From a virus (lineage: Duplodnaviria > Heunggongvirae > Uroviricota > Caudoviricetes), in IMG/VR virus record IMGVR_UViG_3300045996_004585, positions 1,334-65,333 of that record: a stretch of 64,000 nt of DNA; one strand, 5' to 3'. Below are positions 36,994 through 45,800 of this stretch, piece by piece. The notes under the pieces are model-generated. The model ran no database searches and had not been told where the DNA came from. It worked only from the letters and a program-made list of their open reading frames with translations. The position numbers were made by a program, and so were the translations under genes. Positions within the stretch are counted from its first letter, which is position 1. The number at the start of each line of letters is the position of its first letter.

Positions 36994-37285
36994 GCTAGTT
37001 CATGATGAGCTAGAGAGAGCGCAAGAGAATCACCCTAGCCCGATGCATGACCCTCATCACGGTTATGCAATCCTGCTTGAAGAGATTGATGAGCTATGGG
37101 CTGAGATTAAGGCCAGCCAGGGCACAACTCACCGTGGCGTTAGCGAGGCAGTACAAGTTGCTGCTATGGCGGTTCGATACCTCGTAGACCTATGCCCCGA
37201 CGAGACGGCCAAGGAACATACACACAAGGCAGAGGTTCATAAGGTTCAACGTTATGAAGGTGAGAGGGGAGGATACTCAGGATGA
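36971..37285 (+). CDS. MazG-like nucleotide pyrophosphohydrolase (all-alpha NTP-PPase)
   Basis: LLEEIDELWAEIKA (EExxE metal-binding motif) at the expected position in a ~100-aa helical protein. Confidence 0.45.
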   Translation: MKLSTALKLVHDELERAQENHPSPMHDPHHGYAILLEEIDELWAEIKASQGTTHRGVSEAVQVAAMAVRYLVDLCPDETAKEHTHKAEVHKVQRYEGERGGYSG

Positions 37286-37464
37286 TCGATAAGCTCTACG
37301 ATGTTTATTGGACGGATACCAGGAACAACAATGAGCGTTGTTCTGAGAAAGGTGGCCTTACGCGCGAGGAAGCAGAACGGATGATCGCTGAATGGGCGCG
37401 TGAGGCACCATTCTTTGTAGATTGCGTTATCCTACCCCACAATTCTAAGGAAGAACATGCGTAG
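37282..37464 (+). CDS. hypothetical protein
   Basis: ATGA junction. Confidence 0.3.
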   Translation: MIDKLYDVYWTDTRNNNERCSEKGGLTREEAERMIAEWAREAPFFVDCVILPHNSKEEHA

Positions 37465-38467
37465 AGGACTCGTAGTAGGTAAGTTCATGCCCCTGCACCG
37501 TGGGCATCAATTGCTCATCGAGACGGCTCTAGCGCGCTCTGATGAGCTTACAGTGGTAGTGTACGACTCTGAGGTTCCCGAGCGCTGGGCGAACGAGATG
37601 ATGCCTGTCGAGAAGAGGGCGCGTTGGGTTGCCGAGCTTTACCCTGGCATCCACAACATCGTGACGCAAGAGGATACACTTGGTGGCACGCACGAAGACC
37701 ATGACCACCCCAAGTATGCGCAGCATTACGCCGATCAGCTAGCGTACCTTGGCCCATTCACTCACGTGTTCAGCAGCGAAGAGTACGGTAAGCCGTTCGC
37801 TGAAGCTCTGGGCGCAGAACATGTGATGGTGGATGCTGCTCGTGAGCTTGTGCCGATGAGCGGCACCAAGTTCCGACAGAGCATGTACGAAAATCGTGCC
37901 TATGTCGATCCTCTCGTTTACCGTGATCTAGTACAAAAGGTGGTCTTCGTGGGCACTGAGAGTACTGGGAAGTCAACTCTCGCCAAGGCAATGGCCGAAG
38001 AGCTAAAAACACTGTACACTGAAGAGTACGGACGCTCTCTGTGGATTGAGCGTGACGAGCAAGGTGTGAAGCCCAGCTTCCATGACTTGCTCCACGTGGG
38101 TCAGACGCAGTACATGCAGGAGCAGGCGGCGCAGCTTCACGCCAATCGCTTCCTGTTCTGCGACACCAATGCATGGACGACCATGCTATGGAGCGAGATG
38201 TACTATGGCGCTGCGGATACACGGCTAATCGAGTTGGCTCGTCAAACCATAGGTGAGTACAAGTGGTTCCTCTGCTCTAACGATTTCGATTGGGTGCAAG
38301 ATGGCTACAGAGAACTGAAGGGCGACAAGTCCAAGAACTTCCAGAGGGTCAACGAAGCTACGTTGCAGCACTGGGGTATCGACTACCACATTCTGTCTGG
38401 CCCTGTTGAGCAGCGCATTCAACAGGTGAAGGACGACCTAGGCATTACGATAGGAGCATACGCATGA
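37457..38467 (+). CDS. nadR: NadR-like bifunctional NMN adenylyltransferase / ribosylnicotinamide kinase (no HTH domain)
   Basis: N-terminal GLVVGKFMPLHRGHQ (GxFxPxHxGH nucleotidyltransferase motif); second domain P-loop VFVGTESTGKSTLAKAMA; 336 aa. Confidence 0.7.
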   Translation: MRRGLVVGKFMPLHRGHQLLIETALARSDELTVVVYDSEVPERWANEMMPVEKRARWVAELYPGIHNIVTQEDTLGGTHEDHDHPKYAQHYADQLAYLGPFTHVFSSEEYGKPFAEALGAEHVMVDAARELVPMSGTKFRQSMYENRAYVDPLVYRDLVQKVVFVGTESTGKSTLAKAMAEELKTLYTEEYGRSLWIERDEQGVKPSFHDLLHVGQTQYMQEQAAQLHANRFLFCDTNAWTTMLWSEMYYGAADTRLIELARQTIGEYKWFLCSNDFDWVQDGYRELKGDKSKNFQRVNEATLQHWGIDYHILSGPVEQRIQQVKDDLGITIGAYA

Positions 38468-38630
38468 GTAAGCGAGACATCTTTTATATCTTCTTAGACG
38501 GACTTCTTCTTTCTTGGTTCCTTTACGAGGGCGGACGTTGGTTCGCGTTTATTGCTGGCATGTTGTTTGTATTGATTCTAAACAAGTTGTTCGACTGGTA
38601 CTTGCGCCGTCCTCGTGCTACACTGTAATT

Positions 38631-39305
38631 ATGACTCACGTTGTAGCTATCAGCGATCTGCACGGCAACCTGCCTGAGATTCCTGAGTGTGATCTTCTAC
38701 TGATTGCTGGGGATGTCACACCCGTATGGAATCACGAGCGCAAGTTCCAGGCTGACTGGTTGCGTAACGATTTCTCGCAGTGGCTGATGAACGCACCCGC
38801 ACGAGCCATCGTTGGTGTGGGAGGTAACCACGACTTCGTGCTTGAGGATAGCAAGAAGATCGGCTCCGAGCTACCATGGGTTTACCTTAACAACGAATCG
38901 GTGACTCTGGGCCAATTCCATGATGACGAGAACCCTCTAACTATTTGGGGGTCGCCGCTATCCAACATGTTCGGCAATTGGGCTTTCATGAAGTGGGAGG
39001 AAGAGCTTGTTGCCGAGTGGATGAACATCCCTCGTGACATCGACATCCTCATCACACACGGGCCAGCTTACGGCTATGGTGACCGTGTGCCTGATCACTA
39101 TGCGCACGACCGTGATCCACATGTGGGTTCGACTTCGCTTACCTATCAGCTTGAGAACGACGAGTGGCCGAACTTGAAGTTGCATGTCTTCGGGCACATC
39201 CATAACGGGTATGGCTCCTACGTTGGCCCTACTCTCATGGTCAATGCAGCACACGTCAACGAGGAATACAAGCCTGTCAACGCACCAGTGGAGCTAGAGC
39301 TATGA
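38631..39305 (+). CDS. calcineurin-like metallophosphoesterase
   Basis: DLHGN, GDV, GNHD, GH-x-H motif series (ISDLHGNL; IAGDVTP; GGNHDF; FGHIHNG). ATG at 38631 chosen, after a small TM ORF. Confidence 0.6.
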   Translation: MTHVVAISDLHGNLPEIPECDLLLIAGDVTPVWNHERKFQADWLRNDFSQWLMNAPARAIVGVGGNHDFVLEDSKKIGSELPWVYLNNESVTLGQFHDDENPLTIWGSPLSNMFGNWAFMKWEEELVAEWMNIPRDIDILITHGPAYGYGDRVPDHYAHDRDPHVGSTSLTYQLENDEWPNLKLHVFGHIHNGYGSYVGPTLMVNAAHVNEEYKPVNAPVELEL

Positions 39306-39523
39306 GCGAACGGGATAGAATCCTAGATCAAATCGAAGCAGCTATTGAGTCTCTCAATCCAGGCTATGGCGAATCAGACGGTTGGTACAGCAGACGAATA
39401 GCCGAAGCTGCATTAGCCGTCATCGAGAAGCCTGAGTCTACCACTGTTCAAGACATCAAGACGTGTACGTGTTCAAACACGGGCTACTCTACAGCCCACA
39501 CTAAGGAGTGCCCCTTAGGATGA
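39302..39523 (+). CDS. hypothetical protein
   Basis: ATGA junction. Confidence 0.35.
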   Translation: MSERDRILDQIEAAIESLNPGYGESDGWYSRRIAEAALAVIEKPESTTVQDIKTCTCSNTGYSTAHTKECPLG

Positions 39524-39774
39524 CCAACTCAATAGGCAGCCTCTACGAGCTTGGCTATTGGCATGGCTACCAGGAACTAGCTCGTGGTACTTACGGTGGC
39601 CCGGAATATGAAATGGGATATAAGGATGGTGTTGGATCGAGAGAACTTAAGGATGAGCAGGCAAATGACAGATGGCAAGCTCTAAAAGATGTGTGGAAGC
39701 AACACGATAGCAATCTTCGTGACATCGTGTTCTCGGCAGAAGAACTACCTGATTTCAGGTTTCATAAGTCATGA
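39508..39774 (+). CDS. GY-motif small protein family member
   Basis: LYELGYWHGYQELARG ... YEMGYKDGVGSRELKD. Confidence 0.5.
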   Translation: MPLRMTNSIGSLYELGYWHGYQELARGTYGGPEYEMGYKDGVGSRELKDEQANDRWQALKDVWKQHDSNLRDIVFSAEELPDFRFHKS

Positions 39775-40028
39775 GAAATAGGCCGCATGATGATGAAAGA
39801 ACCATGGCGGACTACAGCAAGCTTGCATCTTGGCGTGATGACCCAACCCAGAACATGGGTTCGGGTGGTGTATGTGATGCCGAATTCCTGACCGCAGCTT
39901 ACTTGCAAGGTTGGGAGGCAGCAAAGAAGGGGCAACCTTCTAAGAGCTTCTACGTACACCCAAGAAACCAAGAGGCGTACCTGATGGGCTACGAAGATGC
40001 GCAAGGGGACTTGCGCTCCCCCTCATAA
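39771..40028 (+). CDS. GY-motif small protein family member
   Basis: FLTAAYLQGWEAAKKGQ ... YLMGYEDAQGDLRSP. Confidence 0.5.
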   Translation: MRNRPHDDERTMADYSKLASWRDDPTQNMGSGGVCDAEFLTAAYLQGWEAAKKGQPSKSFYVHPRNQEAYLMGYEDAQGDLRSPS

Positions 40029-40030
40029 AC

Positions 40031-40048
40031 TGATATACTTAGTCTATG
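40031..40048 (+). promoter_or_regulatory. extended -10 promoter element, second copy of TGnTATACTTAGTCTATG
   Basis: TGaTATACT followed by the conserved TAGTCTATG. Lies upstream of 40046 (an alternative RBS-led ATG is at 40070). Confidence 0.45.
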
Positions 40049-40906
40049 AGCAACGAAAGGGGATCGGAAATGAGCATCACAGAGTACACGCATGACGAGA
40101 AGGGCACCCGCGTTGACGTGCATCGCCCGTCCGCGATCAACCCTGGCGACTACGAGTACATCAAGGTCTTCCAGCATCGCAAGGCTGTCATCAAGCCTGG
40201 ACAGAAGCTTGCTGGCCCTGGTGGCACCTGCCATCACTGTGGCAAGGCCATCGTCTGGGAGGTTCTCTTCCGCTACCTGCCGACTGGTGATGTCGTCACC
40301 TTCGGTTACATCTGCGCAGGCATCCTTGAGATGACGGACAACCGCATCGACCACGAGATGAATCTGCTCAAGCGCCAGGCCGCGAACGAGCGCCGTCAGG
40401 AGCAGTGGAACCAGCAGAAGCTGGATCGTCACGCCGAGTTCGTCACCAACCACCCCGACCTTGCCAACTTCGTGGACGAGTGGGACTTGGACGATGAGCC
40501 GAACGGCTACATCGCCCGCATCAAATGGGGCATCGAGACTTACGGATCGCCCGCCGAGTGGCAGATGGACGGCCTGCGCCGCTTCAAGGATGGCCGCGAG
40601 AAGTTCATCGCACGCCGCATCGAAGAGGCCAAGCTGCTTGAGAACGCGCCGCTGCTTCAGGATGGTCGCCAGGTGATCGAGGGCTACGTCCTCAACACCA
40701 AGCTTCAGTCGAGCGATTACGGCGACACGCTCAAGATGACGGTGCGCACGCTCGATGGCAACCGCGTCTACGGCACGGTGCCGAGCAACATCGAGTTCGC
40801 AGTCCTTGAGGGCAAGGATGTCAAGGTTCGCTTCACCGCCAAGGTGGAGGCCAAGGAGGATCACTTCGGCTTCTTCAGCCGCCCCACCAAGGCAGAGGTT
40901 CTTTGA
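40046..40906 (+). CDS. hypothetical protein with CxxC zinc-binding motif
   Basis: CHHCGKAIVWE. Start may be 40046 (leaderless) or 40070 (RBS AAAGGGGA). Confidence 0.45.
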   Translation: MSNERGSEMSITEYTHDEKGTRVDVHRPSAINPGDYEYIKVFQHRKAVIKPGQKLAGPGGTCHHCGKAIVWEVLFRYLPTGDVVTFGYICAGILEMTDNRIDHEMNLLKRQAANERRQEQWNQQKLDRHAEFVTNHPDLANFVDEWDLDDEPNGYIARIKWGIETYGSPAEWQMDGLRRFKDGREKFIARRIEEAKLLENAPLLQDGRQVIEGYVLNTKLQSSDYGDTLKMTVRTLDGNRVYGTVPSNIEFAVLEGKDVKVRFTAKVEAKEDHFGFFSRPTKAEVL

Positions 40907-41436
40907 GTAACCCCTACGTGATGTACGGACTGAAGCCGAGTAGCTCCGCTCTTCTGAGCGGGGCTGTTCTGCTTTCCTCTGATCAGTATGACATCAAGAT
41001 CAGACACCTTGAGGGGATTGGCCTTAGCACGGCCAGCGCAACAATGTCCCTAACAGCCGCAGAGATGATCGAGGCTTACAAGGCGCTATGGGAGCCGATC
41101 CAGGTTACAGCCACCAGCACCATGTATCGTTTCAAGGCCGCCACTATTCCTTACACGGGCCGCCAATACACGCCCCCTGAGCCAGTGGAACCGCAGGATG
41201 TCATGGACGAATGGTGGAATCAGCATAATGCGCTGGCCGACAAGTTCGCGGACAACTTCATCATTGCGACTACAGGCACGTTCCTCATTGAGGGTGACGA
41301 GGACGAAGACTTCACCTATGGCGCATTCTTGCAGGCCATCGCGAACCTTAATCTGCGTGACGATCAGTGGATTCTTGCTCGCGAGTTCGGCAACTACTAC
41401 TCCGTGCGCAACATTGACATTCTACTCAACTCGTGA
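40903..41436 (+). CDS. hypothetical protein
   Basis: Overlapping stop/start with the previous gene. Confidence 0.45.
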   Translation: MSNPYVMYGLKPSSSALLSGAVLLSSDQYDIKIRHLEGIGLSTASATMSLTAAEMIEAYKALWEPIQVTATSTMYRFKAATIPYTGRQYTPPEPVEPQDVMDEWWNQHNALADKFADNFIIATTGTFLIEGDEDEDFTYGAFLQAIANLNLRDDQWILAREFGNYYSVRNIDILLNS

Positions 41437-41452
41437 TAAGATAGGAGCATCT

Positions 41453-41779
41453 ATGACGATAAAGCTACCCAAGAGCTTAAGTCCAGGTAGGATCAGCGAG
41501 ACACTGTATCCGCTCACGCTGATCGTGAGCGGCATGTTGTTCTACCTAGTAGCAACAGGGCAGACGGGCTGGTACTTCTATGTTGGATTGGCATTCCTGC
41601 TCATTGAGCGAGCTATCGTCGCATTCGTGCATTGGATCGCCAAGGTTATGGCTGTTCAGGTCATGCAGCGTGTGCTGAGCGCCGCTGCTGCCCAGACTTC
41701 ACAGCCTGTCGATCCTACACTTGGCCCCATCCATGGTGGAATGATTGAGCCGCCCCCACCCGCCGATGATCAAGAATAG
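41453..41779 (+). CDS. membrane protein (two TM)
   Basis: Internal ATG of the ORF-track ORF 41198..41779, chosen to avoid overlap with 40903..41436. Hydrophobic helices LTLIVSGMLFYLVA / VGLAFLLIERAIVAFV. Confidence 0.35.
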   Translation: MTIKLPKSLSPGRISETLYPLTLIVSGMLFYLVATGQTGWYFYVGLAFLLIERAIVAFVHWIAKVMAVQVMQRVLSAAAAQTSQPVDPTLGPIHGGMIEPPPPADDQE

Positions 41780-42077
41780 GGACGACGAGGGCGAGCTAGA
41801 CCCTGAGCTAGCGCCCAGAGAAGAAATCATGCCCAAGGTGGAGGCTGAGATTGAGACGGCGCGCAATGCTGTAGGAGCCGCGCATCAGTTCGCTCAGGCC
41901 AAGGCCAAAGAAGCCGCGCGTGCTAAGCTGGATGCGGAAGTGTTGAGGGCAGAATGTGCCACCCACTTTACCCAACTCAAGTTTGAAGAGCAGCGATCTA
42001 AGATGTGGAGGCTCTTGTTCGTCATGGCTTTAGTCTTGTGGCTGCTAACTTCATTTGTCCTTCTAACGACCACTTAA
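41745..42077 (+). CDS. coiled-coil protein with C-terminal TM anchor
   Basis: LLFVMALVLWLLTSFVLLT at the C-terminus. Confidence 0.35.
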   Translation: MSRPHPPMIKNRDDEGELDPELAPREEIMPKVEAEIETARNAVGAAHQFAQAKAKEAARAKLDAEVLRAECATHFTQLKFEEQRSKMWRLLFVMALVLWLLTSFVLLTTT

Positions 42078-42095
42078 TCAATAGTAAAAGAGGGG

Positions 42096-42506
42096 ATGAT
42101 GGATATGTCATGGCACCTTTACGCGGTATTGGGTTTGCTGATCGCAGCAGTGTATGGGCTGCCCAGGCTTGTGAACGCCCTACTCCCTAAGCCGCCTGCA
42201 CCACCCGAGTTGATTCCCGTCCACCTGTTTGGTGGGCCGCATCACGACACGACACAACAGATTCGTGCAGACGAGAAGCCCCAGTTCTTCATCGCGCAAT
42301 ACCTGCCAGTCGATGAAGAGACGGGCGAGCCTAAGGAAGAGAACCTGATTAAGGCTGACGAGCAGAAGATGTACTTTAAGCCCAGTTATGCCTACTATCA
42401 GGCAATCACAGACAACGATTACTTCTACGTGCGCGACATCACAGCACAAGAGATTTACACGATGCAGAAGACCGGCAAGCTGCCGAGTCCTCAGCCTGAA
42501 GAGTAA
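42096..42506 (+). CDS. N-terminally anchored membrane protein
   Basis: HLYAVLGLLIAAVYGL TM near the N-terminus. Confidence 0.4.
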   Translation: MMDMSWHLYAVLGLLIAAVYGLPRLVNALLPKPPAPPELIPVHLFGGPHHDTTQQIRADEKPQFFIAQYLPVDEETGEPKEENLIKADEQKMYFKPSYAYYQAITDNDYFYVRDITAQEIYTMQKTGKLPSPQPEE

Positions 42507-42538
42507 CACCAAACACCAGAACGCCATAGCCACAGGTG

Positions 42539-42558
42539 GGCCACCGAAAGGTGGCCCT
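42539..42558 (+). terminator. hairpin with GAAA tetraloop (gggccacc-GAAA-ggtggccc)
   Basis: Perfect 8-bp stem 33 nt after the stop at 42506; followed by a ttccatttgg T-rich tract. Confidence 0.5.
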
Positions 42559-42617
42559 TCCATTTGGCGTCCTTCTGCTGCCTAATAGGTGAGTGGTTTA
42601 CTAAGGATTGAGGGCAC

Positions 42618-42887
42618 ATGAGCGGCAGCATCGTGTTTGTCCTGGTCGAACTAGATGACGGCGTGCAGGAGTTTTTCGAAACTGCTTACGATGGCTTCAA
42701 GTTTGCGAAGGAAGCAGAGCAGCGACGTAGGGGCAGTGTTGAGTACGTGGCTGTGGGCGAATTCTACGAATCAGAAGGATCAATCTATGCTGGCCAAGAG
42801 CTAAGGCACCTGCTTAGGTCGCTCGACAACGTACATGGATGGCTTAAGGCGCAGCATGAAGCAGAGACACATGAAGAGACAGATTAG
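42618..42887 (+). CDS. hypothetical protein
   Basis: RBS-like GGATTGAGGG upstream. Confidence 0.4.
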   Translation: MSGSIVFVLVELDDGVQEFFETAYDGFKFAKEAEQRRRGSVEYVAVGEFYESEGSIYAGQELRHLLRSLDNVHGWLKAQHEAETHEETD

Positions 42888-45800
42888 CAAGCTAGCGGCA
42901 CGAGTGTACGATGCTCTCGTTGAGGATGTAAGAGCTAATCTAACACCGGAATTGCTCAAGCCAGAGTTCAGGGAGTCTCCGTTCCCTACTGGCCACTGTT
43001 ATGTCGCCGCAGAGGCTATTTATCACTTAGCTGGTGGGCCTGAGTCAGGTCTAAAGCCTATGCGCCTACGTATGCCTGACGGTGTAGTACATTGGTGGCT
43101 TCAAACGGCTGAGGGTGAAGTCATCGATCCCACACATGATCAGTACCACGAACCTGTACCATACGCCCAGGGCCGCTCAGGAGGCTTCCTGACGGCCTCT
43201 CCGTCCAAACGGGCTAGAGAGGTCATGAAGCGCGTCACAGGGGCTGTAAAGACCGCACAAGAGCTTGTGTTGATTGAGCCTAGAGAGTACAAGTTCCATG
43301 GTGGTGGCTATCCCTTCTTCTACATCCCCAGTGAGCAGAAGCTATATGTGATGCCCGCACATGCGTTTCACACTGACATGGCACTCAATGACCCCGAGTT
43401 ACGGGAATTAATCAAGAACTACATGGTCAATACCTATCGCACAACAACAGCGCCGTACATCCCAGGTCGCATCCATCTTGATCGCCCAGGTGCAACAGAT
43501 GGTGAAGTTGATGTGTATGGGGAAATTGTTGGTATCGATGCTAAGAACCACTGGCAGCCAATCCTTCAATCCATGGTTGATCAGTGGTGGGGCACAGAGA
43601 TTCCAGTGACTACAAGCGACTATCAAGGCGATGAGTTTGAAGCAGAGCCTGATGAGTTAGGCGAGTACCGCGATGTTCTCTCTGGTTATGAACAGCAGAT
43701 GGGGCGAGTAGCCAAGATTGTCAATCTTCCAGCGTTCGAGAAGACCCATGATGGTGACGAACCCACAAAAGACACGTGGAGGCGAACGTTCGTCTACCTC
43801 CCCACCACTGACACGCTCTACCTAGCGAATCACAACGCATATCACACAGATATCTGGCGCTGGATCGCTGAGCAGAACCCTGACATGGACTGGGAGCCAC
43901 TACACAATCGTGAGGTAGAGCCATCTCTGGGCTTGATCCAACGCAATTATGATGACAAGCAGCTTGAGGTTCATTACTACCACGCCGAGGGTGCGCCATT
44001 ACCCGATCACATGATGTTCGAATTAGAAGAGCATCTAGGTGAACACATGTCGCAGGTGCCGTGGCAGTATCCTCGCCCACTCGCTGACGACTGGTATGGC
44101 GATTGGGACGATGACGATTACGGTGCGACAGAACAGTGGCCCACAGACACCAAGAGCATCGCTCGACTTTCAACACAGTTTGATCACCCCATCGAGAATC
44201 CAGTCAACTATGACTTCGTGCCTCTGTCGCCTCTTGAGACAACAGCATGGGACACTTTGACACCAAGAGAGCGACACTGGTGGAGACGTAAGGCGCTTAA
44301 GTTGAACAACTACAGTGACAACCGAGGCAAGGTTAGACCACAAGATTTGCATGCACTTTATACCCGTTACCAGGGCTTTTGTGCATATTGTGGTGGGCCA
44401 GGAGCCACAAGTTGGGATCATGTCATCCCACTATCGCAGGGTGGCCAGAACGCTATTGAGAACCTGTTGCCTTGCCATCGCGAATGCAATGGACAGTTGA
44501 ATGACTGGGATCAACGTATGAATCCATTTGATCCAAACTCCCAGACTAAGCCTCCCGGCTACTGGGGCTTCCAACCTGCTGAGGCTGCTGTGGATTGGTC
44601 GCGCTCTGATCGCGTTCCTTACCAGTTTGGATTCGCGTTTATGTATCACGAGGGTGAACTATATGTAACTCACAATGGTCATCATCCAGACCTAATGCGT
44701 GAGTACTTGCGACAACAGGGGAGCCAAGAGCTAGAAGCAATCCAAGGAGTACGAGCCTTCAAGGAACAGGTTAAGGCTGGCAAGACAGTCTTTGGCTGGG
44801 TAAATCGCGACGACATCGAGTTTGTGAGTGGTAGTGCAGGCGACGACATGGCGTGGCATGCCGATCCTAAGCTCAAAGCTGAAGCGCATGGGGCTGTTAA
44901 GCAGTACATGCAGGAACATAAGACAGCAGGCACATTGTCTACCAAGTTCATTAACATAACCGATGACATTTGGCCCAATTATCCTCACAAAGATTCAAGT
45001 AGTTTCGCATGGATGTATCTCGATGGCACACTTTACGTATTGAACACAGGCCATCATCCCGACATCATGCGCTGGTATTTGAAGAATAAAGCTTTGGGGA
45101 GCCGCGATCTTGCACGAGCTTTCAAGGAGGCTATTGGAGAGGGTCGCGCTGTGTTCGGTTGGACAGTAAATGCAGACTCTGCTGTGTTAAGCGGCAACGC
45201 GCCTGACTCTATGGCCCGTCAGGCTCCACCCGAATTACAAGCAGAAGCACTCGCTGCTTGTGATGCATATATCGAATCTTTGCGAGCTACCTACAAACGA
45301 GCAGGCACACAGCCTGTCGAGTTAATGGTGTCAGATGACAGGCGCTGGCACTTCGATGACTATCTCAAGAGATACGACCGATTCGCATGGGTTTACTTCG
45401 ACGGCACCCTCTACTGTGGTGACTTGCACAGGGATATCATGGCCGAGATGAGACGAGAAGGTTTAGACTTCAGAAATGGAGCTTACTACGGCTGGTATGA
45501 TCCTTGGGGCAAGGAAGCGCCCAAGCAACCGAATGGTATTGACTACGTAACAGATTACGGCGAGCAGCATGAGGCACTGTTGCCTGAAGTCGAAGCGTTT
45601 TTTGAGCGTTATCCGCCTAAAGCTGTCCTTGACTACCTCAAGCATGGCACAAGACTAGGTGCTGCGCCCATGAAGGTGATGCGCGTGAAGACACCGCGCA
45701 CGAAGTTCCGTGGGGTCTATGGCATGCCCTTTAGTTATGTGCCCAGTCTCAACACCATCTTCCTTGCAGACTCGCACACCTATCACACGCGCATGTGGCC

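Noticed and set aside
38514-38630. ORF-track start (38514) for the metallophosphoesterase, giving a hydrophobic N-terminal extension
   Set aside because: The extension overlaps a separate 54-aa TM ORF in another frame (38464..38628) and has no phosphoesterase motifs. The ATG at 38631 begins directly with the DLHGN motif I context (MTHVVAISDLHGN), as is typical for this family.
39989-40864. 291-aa minus-strand ORF antisense to 40046..40906
   Set aside because: Leu/Ala/Val/Asp-rich low-complexity translation. The + strand ORF fits the operon's start/stop overlap pattern and carries a CxxC motif.
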